Origin: Nitrospirota bacterium
Lineage (GTDB): Bacteria; JACPQY01
Assembly (NCBI GenBank): GCA_016180645.1
Contig: JACPAV010000018.1
Span: 1-64,000, forward strand
Length of the DNA stretch: 64,000 bases
Direction: 5' to 3'
The notes under the pieces are model-generated. The model saw only the letters and a list, made by a program, of their open reading frames with translations. It searched no databases and was not told the origin of the DNA. The position numbers and the translations under genes were made by a program. This document shows, in pieces, positions 46,969 through 55,858 of this stretch (position 1 is the stretch's first letter; every line of letters begins with the position of its first letter).

Positions 46969-47161
46969 CTTACTCGGTCAAGCTTCCGCGATGCGGTGCC
47001 ACTCGTCAAGGGCGTAGGGTGTCGCCCACCTGGCTCAGGGACAACGGAATGAACTCCATTCGGTCCTGGCGCTGCCCCTGAGCAACACCCGCGCAAGATC
47101 GCTTTCAGCACTCGGCGTTCAGCCGCCAGCTCTCGGAATGTATGCTTTCGCGAATCGATCG

Positions 47162-48214
47162 TCAAGGCGGGCGCTGGCCGGGCAGAAGCAGGTTCTCGCC
47201 GTCGGAACGGATGACGACGTCTCCATCCGAGGCTGTCACGTAGAGCGGCAGATCGGTCCTCAATGAAGTCCAGAGGTTCCGACGCGAATCGAAAACACGG
47301 AAGTCGGATGCTGGTCGGAGCAGAGCGTGCGGCATTGCCGACATGAGGGCGGCCACAGTCGCCAAGCGGGGATGCCGGTAATTTCGATTGGTAAATTGAC
47401 CCGGCGGACCGGCGCTTACGACAACTACCTTGGGGGAGACCGCAGCGAGAAATCCCCGCGAACTCGATGTTTCAGATCCGTGATGCGCCACTTTCAGAAC
47501 ATCCGCGTCGAGGAGCCCCCTGGCAGCCGGGTCGCCCAAGTATCGCTCTTCCGCCTCGCGCTCAGAGTCCCCTGTGAAGAGGTAGGAGGTCTTGCCGTAA
47601 TCCATACGAACGACCACCGAGCAGTTGTTCGGATCGTCGGCGCAGTCGCCCCATCTCCGTCGTGGACCAAGGATCTTTAGGGAGACGCGACTGCCCGGAC
47701 AGGGTTCAAGCGGCTCGATGGCGGAGTCAGGATTCAGCCGTCTCGTTCCGTCCGCCGCTACTTCCGAGTTTACTGCCACTTCCAAACTTCGAAACGTGCG
47801 CGATGCCTTCCGTGGGGGCTGCCCATTGTCGAGATAGGCGCGAATTTCGAACTGACCGAAAAGCCACGCGAGATTGCCGATGTGATCGGAATGCGGGTGG
47901 GTCGCGATGACGAGTGGAATGGTTTTGGATGCGTGGAAATAGTTTCCGATTCCTGCTTGAAACCGTTGGCGGGCATCCGGAACCCGGCCGGGCACGTCCC
48001 CAGAATCTATGACAATCCCCGGCGAGCCGTTAGGACAATTCACCAGGATCGCATCGCCCTGCCCCACGTCAAGAAAGACGACCTGGACTGTGCCCTCAAT
48101 TGCAGATGACGGGTCGACACGCGCCGGCTCTGATCCACCCACGGATCTGCACAAAAGGGTGAAGGAGACTAGGATACCGACGATTCGGGAGCCCACGCCA
48201 TTCACCTCGCACAC
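47162..48214 (-). CDS. MBL-fold hydrolase (ComEC/Rec2 C-terminal-like), secreted
   Basis: DVGQGDA, THPHSDHIG, NNCSVV, LFTGD, LKVAHHGS. Confidence 0.9.
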   Translation of the reverse strand: MCEVNGVGSRIVGILVSFTLLCRSVGGSEPARVDPSSAIEGTVQVVFLDVGQGDAILVNCPNGSPGIVIDSGDVPGRVPDARQRFQAGIGNYFHASKTIPLVIATHPHSDHIGNLAWLFGQFEIRAYLDNGQPPRKASRTFRSLEVAVNSEVAADGTRRLNPDSAIEPLEPCPGSRVSLKILGPRRRWGDCADDPNNCSVVVRMDYGKTSYLFTGDSEREAEERYLGDPAARGLLDADVLKVAHHGSETSSSRGFLAAVSPKVVVVSAGPPGQFTNRNYRHPRLATVAALMSAMPHALLRPASDFRVFDSRRNLWTSLRTDLPLYVTASDGDVVIRSDGENLLLPGQRPP

Positions 48215-48258
48215 GATAGGCTACCCGTTTCCGATCGATTAGGCTCCGTACACGGCGT

Positions 48259-50025
48259 TCACGCGGGCGGAAGCGTCCTGCGGAACTCCTCGCCCGTCAT
48301 CTGCTGGACCAGCTCACCACGGCTGAGCACCCAGACCTGGTCGCACTCGGCGATGGTGGACAGCCGGTGGGCAATGACCAGTAGCGTGCGGTCGCGGAAG
48401 GCGTCGGCGAGGATCTGCCGGATCTTGTGCTCCGCCTCGGGATCCACGTAGGAGGTCGCTTCATCGAAAATGACCAGTTTCGCGTTGTAGGCCAACGCCC
48501 TCACCAGGGAGAAGACTTGGCGTTCGCCCATGGAGAGATTGACGCCACCGCCGCGAATATTCCGTTGCAACTTGTCCAGAAGGGATTCGAGGCCGTAGCG
48601 CTCGAGCCAGCGGGCGACATCTCCTGCCCCGTTCCGATGTTCGTTCAAGAACCGCTCCATCGATCCGGAGAACAGAAAAGGCTCTTGCGAAACGAGGCCG
48701 ATCCTCCGCCGCACGTCTTCGCGCGACATCCGGCGGAGGTCCACCCCATCCAGGAGAATCCGACCTTCCGACGGCTCATAGAACCGTACCATCAGGTGCG
48801 CGACGGTGGTTTTGCCGGATCCGGTCACGCCCACGAGGGCATTCCGCTTTCCCGGTACCAGCGAAAGGTTGATGTCCTTGAGAACGGGTGAGCCCGGGAT
48901 GTAGTGAAAGCTGACGTGGTCGAAATCCACTCGGGCCGGCCCCCTTGGGGTCAAGTCTTGAATTGATACAGGTTCGAATTCCGCAACCTGTGTCAATTCA
49001 AGACTTGACCCCACCTCGGGGGGTTCATTGAACACGGTCCACACGCGCTCCCCGGAGCTCATCGCGGCCTGGAAGATGTTGAACTTGTCGATCATGTCCC
49101 GAATGGGCGTGTGGAGGTTCTGGCTGTACGAGAGGAACGCCACCAGCACGCCCATGGTAATTTCCTGGTTCTCCAGATACATGTGCCCGCCTTGAAAGAG
49201 GATCAGGCCGACCCCGATGGAAGTCAGCACGGTGATGATGGGATGGAACATGCCGTAGGTCCGCGTCGAGTGCATCAGCTCTTGGAAGTAGTCTTCCACG
49301 ATCGCGGCGAACCGGGATGAGGTTTTCTCCTCCGCGTTGTACAGCTTGATGGTCGACATGGCCGTGGGGTTCAGCCGCTCTCCCAGGAATCCATTGATCA
49401 GCGCGAGCTTGCGACGGATTTCACGGTAGATCCCTTTCATTCTGCGGGCGAAGTACATCGAAGCCCAGACCATGGGGGGAAACGTGAGGAGAAACAGGAG
49501 CGTGAGTTTCAGGTTCATGGCCGCCATAAACCCGACCGAACCGGCGATGACGCACACATCCCCGACGATGACGACCAGCCCGGATGAAAAGAGGTCGCCG
49601 AGGGCGCTCACATCGTTCGTGAGTCGAGTCACGACGCGGCCGGTGGGGTGCCGGTCGAAATAGGAGACGGGGAGTTTCTGGACGTGCCGGAAGAGATCCG
49701 TGCGCAAGTCGAGCATCACATTTTGTCCCATCGCCTGGAGGAGGTACCGGTAGGCCGATTGCGTGGCCACCCGCACGGCCTCAAAGCCGAGGACCAGGCC
49801 GCCCATGAGGTAGAGAACACGGCGATCGTTCCGGAGGATGCCCTCGTCGATGGCCCGGGCCACGAAGTACGGCACCGCGCTGCCCAGCAGCATCGAGAGG
49901 ACGACAAAGAACGAGCCGCCCCAGAAGAGGAGCGGATATTTCCGGATGAACGGCAGGAGCCGGCGCGCGAGGGTTCCATAGTCCGTGGGCCCCTTGACCG
50001 CATCTTCCGCCGCGTAGGTGTCCAT
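48259..50025 (-). CDS. ABC exporter permease/ATPase (MdlB-like)
   Basis: TM domain; GVTGSGKT, LSMGERQ, DEATS. Confidence 0.93.
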   Translation of the reverse strand: MDTYAAEDAVKGPTDYGTLARRLLPFIRKYPLLFWGGSFFVVLSMLLGSAVPYFVARAIDEGILRNDRRVLYLMGGLVLGFEAVRVATQSAYRYLLQAMGQNVMLDLRTDLFRHVQKLPVSYFDRHPTGRVVTRLTNDVSALGDLFSSGLVVIVGDVCVIAGSVGFMAAMNLKLTLLFLLTFPPMVWASMYFARRMKGIYREIRRKLALINGFLGERLNPTAMSTIKLYNAEEKTSSRFAAIVEDYFQELMHSTRTYGMFHPIITVLTSIGVGLILFQGGHMYLENQEITMGVLVAFLSYSQNLHTPIRDMIDKFNIFQAAMSSGERVWTVFNEPPEVGSSLELTQVAEFEPVSIQDLTPRGPARVDFDHVSFHYIPGSPVLKDINLSLVPGKRNALVGVTGSGKTTVAHLMVRFYEPSEGRILLDGVDLRRMSREDVRRRIGLVSQEPFLFSGSMERFLNEHRNGAGDVARWLERYGLESLLDKLQRNIRGGGVNLSMGERQVFSLVRALAYNAKLVIFDEATSYVDPEAEHKIRQILADAFRDRTLLVIAHRLSTIAECDQVWVLSRGELVQQMTGEEFRRTLPPA

Positions 50026-50028
50026 GCC

Positions 50029-51792
50029 TCAGTCTTCCTCCAGCATCATCGAGGCCAAGGCCTGCTGCCGACGGAAGAGGCGCGCATAGAGTCCGTCTCT
50101 CCGCATCAGATCATCGTGGGTGCCGTCTTCCACCACACGGCCGCCCTCCATGACCCAGATGCGGTCCATCCACGTAATCGAGCTGAGGCGATGGGTGATC
50201 AGGATCAAGAGGCCGTAGCGGTCAAGAGAACGGATCGACGCGGCAATCTTCGCCTCGGTCTCGTGATCGACCGCGGAGAACGGATCATCCAGAATCAGGA
50301 CGGGCGACCGCTTTGCCAGTGCCCGGGCGATGGCCACGCGCTTCTTCTGCCCCCCGGAAAGGTTGATGCCTTTTTCCCCGAGGACGGCGTCGTAGCGTCC
50401 TCGGAAGCCTTCTATTTCTTCGCGGATGGAAGCCAGGTGCGCCAACTCTTCGATTCCCTGGTCCCGGCCGTTCCCACTCTCTGCTTCGAGCAGCACGTTT
50501 TCTCGTACGGTATCCGAGAAGAGATACGGTTCCTGCGGGACCACGGCGAACCGCTTTCGCAGGCCGGCCGGCGTGAGATCCAACACATCCCGGCCATCCA
50601 CAAACACGGTGCCGCGGGGCGGATCATAGAGTCGGGTGACAAGCTGCACGAGTGTGCTCTTTCCGACGCCGATGGGACCGACGATCGCGAGGCGACAGGG
50701 CGCCTCAATTCGCATGTTCAATTCCGACAGCACAGGCTGGGATTCGCCCGGATAGGTGAACCGGACCGAGCGGAAATCGATGGATCGAACCGCGTCGCCG
50801 TTCGGGGCGGCGGCAGCCGCGCTCACGGAGCCGTCCCCATTGCCCTCCGGAACCGATGCGAGCACCTCCTGCACTCTCCGCTGAGAGGCGCCGCCTTCCT
50901 TGAACATCGAAAAGCTCCAGCCGAACGCGCTCATCGGCCAGACCATCTTCCCGATGTAGCTCTTGAGGGCGACGAAGGTCCCGATGGTGATGGCCCCGGT
51001 CATGACGTCCGGACCTCCCACAAAAAGAAGCACGGCCACGCCGATGGCCGTGGAGAATTCAAGGATGGGCGCGAAATAGGATTCCGTCTTCGCCAGACTC
51101 AGGCCGTGCTTCCGATACCACCCGCAGGCCTCGCCGAACCGCTTCTGTTCGTCCTCCTGGAGATTGTACGACTTCACGACTCGGATGCCGGCCACGCTTT
51201 CCTGAACGCGTTCGGTCATCATTTCGAAAGCCTCTTGAACTTTCGTAAATCGGCGGTCGATCACGCCCCCGACGATGAAGACGAAGAAAGGCACTCCGGG
51301 GAGCGCAATGAAGCTGAGGAGAGCGAGTTTTGGCGAGAGATGAAGCATGAGCGGCGGGATCGTCAGGCAGTAGAACACCGCGTCGAAGAAGATGAGCAGC
51401 CCCAGCCCCATGGCATCCTTTACGGCCTGCACGTCGTTCGTCGCCCGCGCCATCAGATTTCCCGTCGATTTTTCGTGAAACGTGTTGATCGGAAGGCGCA
51501 CGAGTCGCGACAGCAACCGTATCTTGAGGGATCGGTCGATCCGGTGCGCGTTGCCCATGAACCGGATGCGCCAGTGGAAACGGAAGAGTCCCTGGCCCGC
51601 CACGATGGCCACATAGAGGAACGCCAAAAGCAGGAGCCGATGTTCCGGAAGATGGGCCGTAAGCGCGTCCACTCCCCACATGATCACCAGCGGCGGGAGA
51701 AGGTCCAGGAGATCGACGGCCGCAAGAGCCGCAATCCCCCAGAGGTAGGTTCGGCGGTGCTCTTTGAAGTAGCCGACGAAATCTTTCAGCAT
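50029..51792 (-). CDS. ABC exporter permease/ATPase (MdlA-like)
   Basis: TM domain; GPIGVGKS, LSGGQ, degenerate Walker B ILDDP. Confidence 0.93.
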   Translation of the reverse strand: MLKDFVGYFKEHRRTYLWGIAALAAVDLLDLLPPLVIMWGVDALTAHLPEHRLLLLAFLYVAIVAGQGLFRFHWRIRFMGNAHRIDRSLKIRLLSRLVRLPINTFHEKSTGNLMARATNDVQAVKDAMGLGLLIFFDAVFYCLTIPPLMLHLSPKLALLSFIALPGVPFFVFIVGGVIDRRFTKVQEAFEMMTERVQESVAGIRVVKSYNLQEDEQKRFGEACGWYRKHGLSLAKTESYFAPILEFSTAIGVAVLLFVGGPDVMTGAITIGTFVALKSYIGKMVWPMSAFGWSFSMFKEGGASQRRVQEVLASVPEGNGDGSVSAAAAAPNGDAVRSIDFRSVRFTYPGESQPVLSELNMRIEAPCRLAIVGPIGVGKSTLVQLVTRLYDPPRGTVFVDGRDVLDLTPAGLRKRFAVVPQEPYLFSDTVRENVLLEAESGNGRDQGIEELAHLASIREEIEGFRGRYDAVLGEKGINLSGGQKKRVAIARALAKRSPVLILDDPFSAVDHETEAKIAASIRSLDRYGLLILITHRLSSITWMDRIWVMEGGRVVEDGTHDDLMRRDGLYARLFRRQQALASMMLEED

Positions 51793-51837
51793 CCGCCTAT
51801 TTTACACAGACTCCGCCCATGCTAGAATCGTTCCCTG

Positions 51838-52197
51838 TTGAGTCAACAACCGGAAATCATTGTGAAGAGGACCTTCTCGTTCGAGCAGGCCAGGAAGCTT
51901 CTGCCCGACATCCGGCGGATTACCCGCGAGGCGGCAACCAAGGCGGACCTCATGCTCGCCGATCTCCGGACCACCCCGAAAACAGATCCGCAATCCCCGG
52001 CCCTCCACCAAGACTACGAAAATCTTCTGAACGAGTGGGCCGACCGAATCGTCGATTTGGGTTGCGAGGTCAAAGGCGTTTGGCTCGTCGACTTCGACAG
52101 CGGTCACGGATACTACTGTTGGAAGCATCCTGAAGAAGACTTGGGCTATTTCCACTCGTACGAAGACGGTTTCCGCGGTCGGCAGCGGATTCAGTAG
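51838..52197 (+). CDS. DUF2203-family protein
   Basis: FSFEQARKLLP...GCEVKGVWLVDF...YYCWKHPE...YFHSYEDGFRGR. Confidence 0.85.
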   Translation: MSQQPEIIVKRTFSFEQARKLLPDIRRITREAATKADLMLADLRTTPKTDPQSPALHQDYENLLNEWADRIVDLGCEVKGVWLVDFDSGHGYYCWKHPEEDLGYFHSYEDGFRGRQRIQ

Positions 52198-52524
52198 CTC
52201 AGGAGCAGGCTCAAGCCGCCTGCGGTCGAGACTCAGAATCCCAATCCATCGTGACCCCACCCCCTTCCGGGAGACCACGCAGGGCTTCTGAAATGTCTGT
52301 AGCCCGTTGCAATGGCTCAGTCGTGAGTTGGGCTTCATCTTCGGCCATGACCCGACTCTAGCACGCCCCCCGCCCAAGCCACAACCCTGGGATGCACATT
52401 TGTGGTGCATGCCGCACCATCTGATTGCATAGAACTACGAATAGGAACTGTTGTACCAAGAGTGGTTTGGAATTTGTGTTATCTCAATTCGATGCATTGA
52501 GGCCAAGAACAGAATTGTATTTCA

Positions 52525-52540
52525 TGGCACGGAATCTGCT
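52525..52540 (+). promoter_or_regulatory. Sigma54 -24/-12 promoter
   Basis: TGGCACG-gaat-CTGCT, GG-N10-GC spacing. Confidence 0.65.
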
Positions 52541-52635
52541 CACTTTGTCTAGAGACACCATGTTGCTCGGGTATTACCTCAAACAAAAGGGCTTATTACC
52601 TGCGGCAACATGGTGCGTACGCCCCGCCTCTAGTA

Positions 52636-54282
52636 TTGAATCCTTGTGGAAGCGGGGCGACCGTACGGCGCGTCGATCGGGATCCACCCAATGAATTGGT
52701 AGGCGCCGTACTCGTGGCAGAGCAGAGGTCGCACGATCTGCGCCGTTGGCAGGGTCAGAGCTACTTGGCGCAGCTTGAGATCCTTTACGAAATCAGCAAG
52801 ACGTTCCGCCAAAACCTCAAGCCGCAGGAGCAGATCCGTCGGGGACTCCACGTGCTCTCCGAAATGCTTCATCTGAAGCGGGCAATTTTCGTGGTGGAGG
52901 ATGGCCGGAGCGGCCTTCTACGGATCACTGAGGGCTACGGCCTCTCGCCGGAGGAACGCCAGCGGGCAAGTTTCAAATCCGGTGAAGGACTGATCGGACA
53001 AGCGTTCAAGAACGGCTCGCCGATCGTTGCCTCGCTCGCGGATTCGAGCCGCGAGCCGCTGCCATGGGATCATGCACAATCCTGGTCGGGGGAACGGAAA
53101 TGGGGCTTCCTCGCCGTTCCGATCAGAACCACCGAGCGCGTGTGTGGCGTGTTGGCGCTTGAGTACGAGGCATCGGAGGGGCTTCCGACCCAGGAGTTGA
53201 CGCGTCTCATCTACTCCGTCTGCAATTTTTGGTCGAAACTTCTGACGCCGACTCCTCCCGAATCCATGCCGGCGAAATCCTCGATCGCCCCGAAGGGAAA
53301 GAGGCACGCCATGGAGCGGCTGGTCGGCGAGAGCCGAGCCATGCACAAGATCGTCGAATTGATCGCCACGGTGAGCCATGCCAAGACGCCGATTCTCCTC
53401 CGGGGCGAAAGCGGCACGGGGAAGGGGCTTGCGGCCGAGACCATTCACCAATCGAGCCGATACTCCAGAGGGCCGTTTGTGAAAGTCGTGTGCGCATCGA
53501 TCCCGGAGGCGCTCTTCGAGAGTGAGCTTTTCGGCTATCACAAAGGGGCATTCACCGGGGCGCTGAGGGATAAACCCGGTCTGGTGGAGACCGCCTCCGG
53601 TGGATCGCTGTTTCTGGACGAGATCGGCGACATTCCCCTGCCTGTGCAGGTGAAACTTCTCCGGTTCTTACAGGAGAAGACCTTCGAACGGCTGGGTGGA
53701 ACCCGGCCGCTGCGCGTCGACACACGGGTCATCGCCGCCACGAATCAATCTCTGGAAGATCTGGTTCGGAGAGGACTACTCAGAGAAGATCTCTACTACC
53801 GACTGAATGTTCTGCCGATCACGCTGCCGCCTTTGCGGGAACGGGTGGAAGACATCCCGATCCTCGCGGCGTTCTTCCTCGATGCGGCCAATCGCGAGCA
53901 CGCGAAGGACGTGAGCCTGACAGCGGAGGCCATCCAAATGCTACGGGAATACTCGTGGCCGGGGAACATCCGAGAGCTCGAAAATTTCGTCGAAAGACTC
54001 GTCGTTTTGTCACCGGGCGGCGCGGTTCGACCGGAAAATATCGTGCTGCACGGGCTCGACCCGCATCAAACACCACGCCCCGCCACCGCCCTTTCCACGG
54101 AACCCTCTCCACCGTCTCTCGGAACGCTCCGTGACCTGGAACGCGAGAAGATCGTTGAAGCACTACGGCAGGCCGATGGAGTTCAAGAGAAAGCCGCGCG
54201 ACTTCTCGGGATCACCCGGCGCCAGATCGGACACCGGATCAAGAAGTTCGGTATCCGGCGCGATCCGACACCGTTTCAGTAG
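52636..54282 (+). CDS. GAF-AAA+-Fis sigma54-dependent activator (NifA-like architecture)
   Basis: GESGTGK, ESELFGY.KGAFTGA, FLDEIG, WPGNIREL, C-terminal HTH. Confidence 0.93.
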   Translation: MNPCGSGATVRRVDRDPPNELVGAVLVAEQRSHDLRRWQGQSYLAQLEILYEISKTFRQNLKPQEQIRRGLHVLSEMLHLKRAIFVVEDGRSGLLRITEGYGLSPEERQRASFKSGEGLIGQAFKNGSPIVASLADSSREPLPWDHAQSWSGERKWGFLAVPIRTTERVCGVLALEYEASEGLPTQELTRLIYSVCNFWSKLLTPTPPESMPAKSSIAPKGKRHAMERLVGESRAMHKIVELIATVSHAKTPILLRGESGTGKGLAAETIHQSSRYSRGPFVKVVCASIPEALFESELFGYHKGAFTGALRDKPGLVETASGGSLFLDEIGDIPLPVQVKLLRFLQEKTFERLGGTRPLRVDTRVIAATNQSLEDLVRRGLLREDLYYRLNVLPITLPPLRERVEDIPILAAFFLDAANREHAKDVSLTAEAIQMLREYSWPGNIRELENFVERLVVLSPGGAVRPENIVLHGLDPHQTPRPATALSTEPSPPSLGTLRDLEREKIVEALRQADGVQEKAARLLGITRRQIGHRIKKFGIRRDPTPFQ

Positions 54283-54324
54283 CCGCAGAGCAACCGCTCG
54301 TCCCTAGCCCCAGACCATCGCTCA

Positions 54325-54375
54325 CCTATAGAGGCTTAGCCTCGATAGCGGCTATCGAAGCTAAGCCTCAATAGG
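54325..54375. repeat. 51-bp near-perfect palindrome (terminator, REP or binding site)
   Basis: cctatagaggcttagcctcgatagc-g-gctatcgaagctaagcctcaatagg. Confidence 0.75.
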
Positions 54376-54386
54376 AACACCACCGT

Positions 54387-54414
54387 ACGCTTCTGTACCT
54401 CCGTACAAAAGCGT
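54387..54414. promoter_or_regulatory. Candidate enhancer (UAS) dyad
   Basis: acgcttctgtac-ctcc-gtacaaaagcgt, about 100 bp upstream of a sigma54 promoter. Confidence 0.5.
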
Positions 54415-54513
54415 GCCACGTGCACGTGAAGGAATGAGTTCTGTTTATCGGAGTGGACGGGCGCATCTTTTCTCCTGTTCTTTCAACTCATTTGGCACGA
54501 CGCGACTGGACCT

Positions 54514-54529
54514 CGGCACGAATGTTGCC
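54514..54529 (+). promoter_or_regulatory. Sigma54 promoter of the nitrate operon
   Basis: CGGCACG-aatg-TTGC followed by GGAGG and ATG 54543. Confidence 0.75.
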
Positions 54530-54542
54530 CTTGGAGGTCTAC

Positions 54543-55778
54543 ATGAGTGCAAACCTGAAGGAAGCTCTTCGGAGCGGCCACTTCCCCTCGCTGGTTGCGG
54601 CCTTCCTGTTTTTCGACATGAGTTTCATGATCTGGGTTCTCCTGGGTCCGCTCGGAAATCACATTTCAGCGGAACTCGGGCTATCGCCATCGCAGAAGGG
54701 ACTCCTGGTTGCGATTCCGATCCTCGGCGGCGCATTTTTCCGAATCTTCATGGGCATCCTGACCGATTGGATCGGCCCGAAGAAATCCGCCCTGTTGGCG
54801 ATGACGCTGACTCCCCTTCCGCTACTCTGGGGCTGGCTCGGCGCGGAGCGATTCGGCGAGATCCTAGGTGTAGGCCTTCTACTGGGAATTCCCGGCGCCA
54901 GTTTCGCCGCGGCACTCCCGCTCGCTTCGAGGAACTATCCGGCGAAGCATCAGGGACTCGCCATGGGGCTTGCCGGCGCGGGAAACAGCGGAACGGTCCT
55001 GACCGCCCTCTTCGCGCCGCGACTGGCCGACGCCTTCGGATGGAATGCCGTGATGGGGCTGGCCCTGATTCCACTCGTCCTCGTGTTTGTGGCCTTCTTG
55101 CTCCTCGCGCGGGAGCCCGTCCTGCCTCCCAGAAAAAAGCTCTCGGGCTATTTTTCGATTCTTGCCGAAGGGGATCTCTGGTTCTTCAACCTGTTCTACA
55201 GTTTGACGTTTGGCGGGTTCGTCGGTCTCGGCTCTTTCCTGCCCATTTTCTTCCACGATCAATACGGCGTTTCGAAAGTCATGGCCGGAACGCTGACGGC
55301 CTTCTGCGTCATGTCAGGATCTTTTCTCAGACCGGTGGGCGGAGCCTTGGCCGATCAAACCGGTGGACTCCGGGCCCTGTCGCTCTTCTTCTCGGTCGTT
55401 GCCGTGCTCATCCTGGGACTCGCCTGCCTTCCGACCTTGGGTGTGGCGGTGGCGCTGGCATTCCTTACGCTCGGGGTTCTCGGCCTGGGCAACGGGGCAG
55501 TCTTCCAACTTGTGCCGCAACGATTTCGGGACGAGATCGGCGTGGCCACCGGCTGGATCGGGGCGGCCGGAGGCGTCGGCGGGTTTTGTCTACCTCCGCT
55601 GCTGGGTGTGCTGAAGGAGACGCTAGGGACGTATGCCGCCGGTTTCGGGGCGTTCGCCGTGGGGATTGTTTTCTGCGCGGGGGTCCTGCGCTTCGTCCGG
55701 AAGGACTGGGAGAGATGGTCGGGTTCGTCCCGTGAAGTCCGCTCGGAAACGGTCCTGGTGTCAGTCGGAGGGCGATGA
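54543..55778 (+). CDS. narK: Nitrate/nitrite MFS transporter (NarK/NasA type)
   Basis: GASFAAALP, GLAGAGNSG, TFGGFVG, GLGNGAVFQLVP. Confidence 0.92.
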   Translation: MSANLKEALRSGHFPSLVAAFLFFDMSFMIWVLLGPLGNHISAELGLSPSQKGLLVAIPILGGAFFRIFMGILTDWIGPKKSALLAMTLTPLPLLWGWLGAERFGEILGVGLLLGIPGASFAAALPLASRNYPAKHQGLAMGLAGAGNSGTVLTALFAPRLADAFGWNAVMGLALIPLVLVFVAFLLLAREPVLPPRKKLSGYFSILAEGDLWFFNLFYSLTFGGFVGLGSFLPIFFHDQYGVSKVMAGTLTAFCVMSGSFLRPVGGALADQTGGLRALSLFFSVVAVLILGLACLPTLGVAVALAFLTLGVLGLGNGAVFQLVPQRFRDEIGVATGWIGAAGGVGGFCLPPLLGVLKETLGTYAAGFGAFAVGIVFCAGVLRFVRKDWERWSGSSREVRSETVLVSVGGR

Positions 55779-55858
55779 CGTGAACCCCGCACCTATCCTT
55801 GGGACACCGCGAGGTCCGTCTCGGTGCTTGAAGATACGACGGCTAGGATAGGTACGGG

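Noticed and set aside
47162-48214. comEC competence channel
   Set aside because: Only the MBL domain is present; there is no multi-TM competence domain.
49648-51825. 725-aa plus-strand ORF
   Set aside because: Antisense shadow of the ABC transporter genes; no motifs.
52636-54282. True nifA / nitrogen fixation
   Set aside because: Architecture only; no nif genes in the window and the context is nitrate assimilation.
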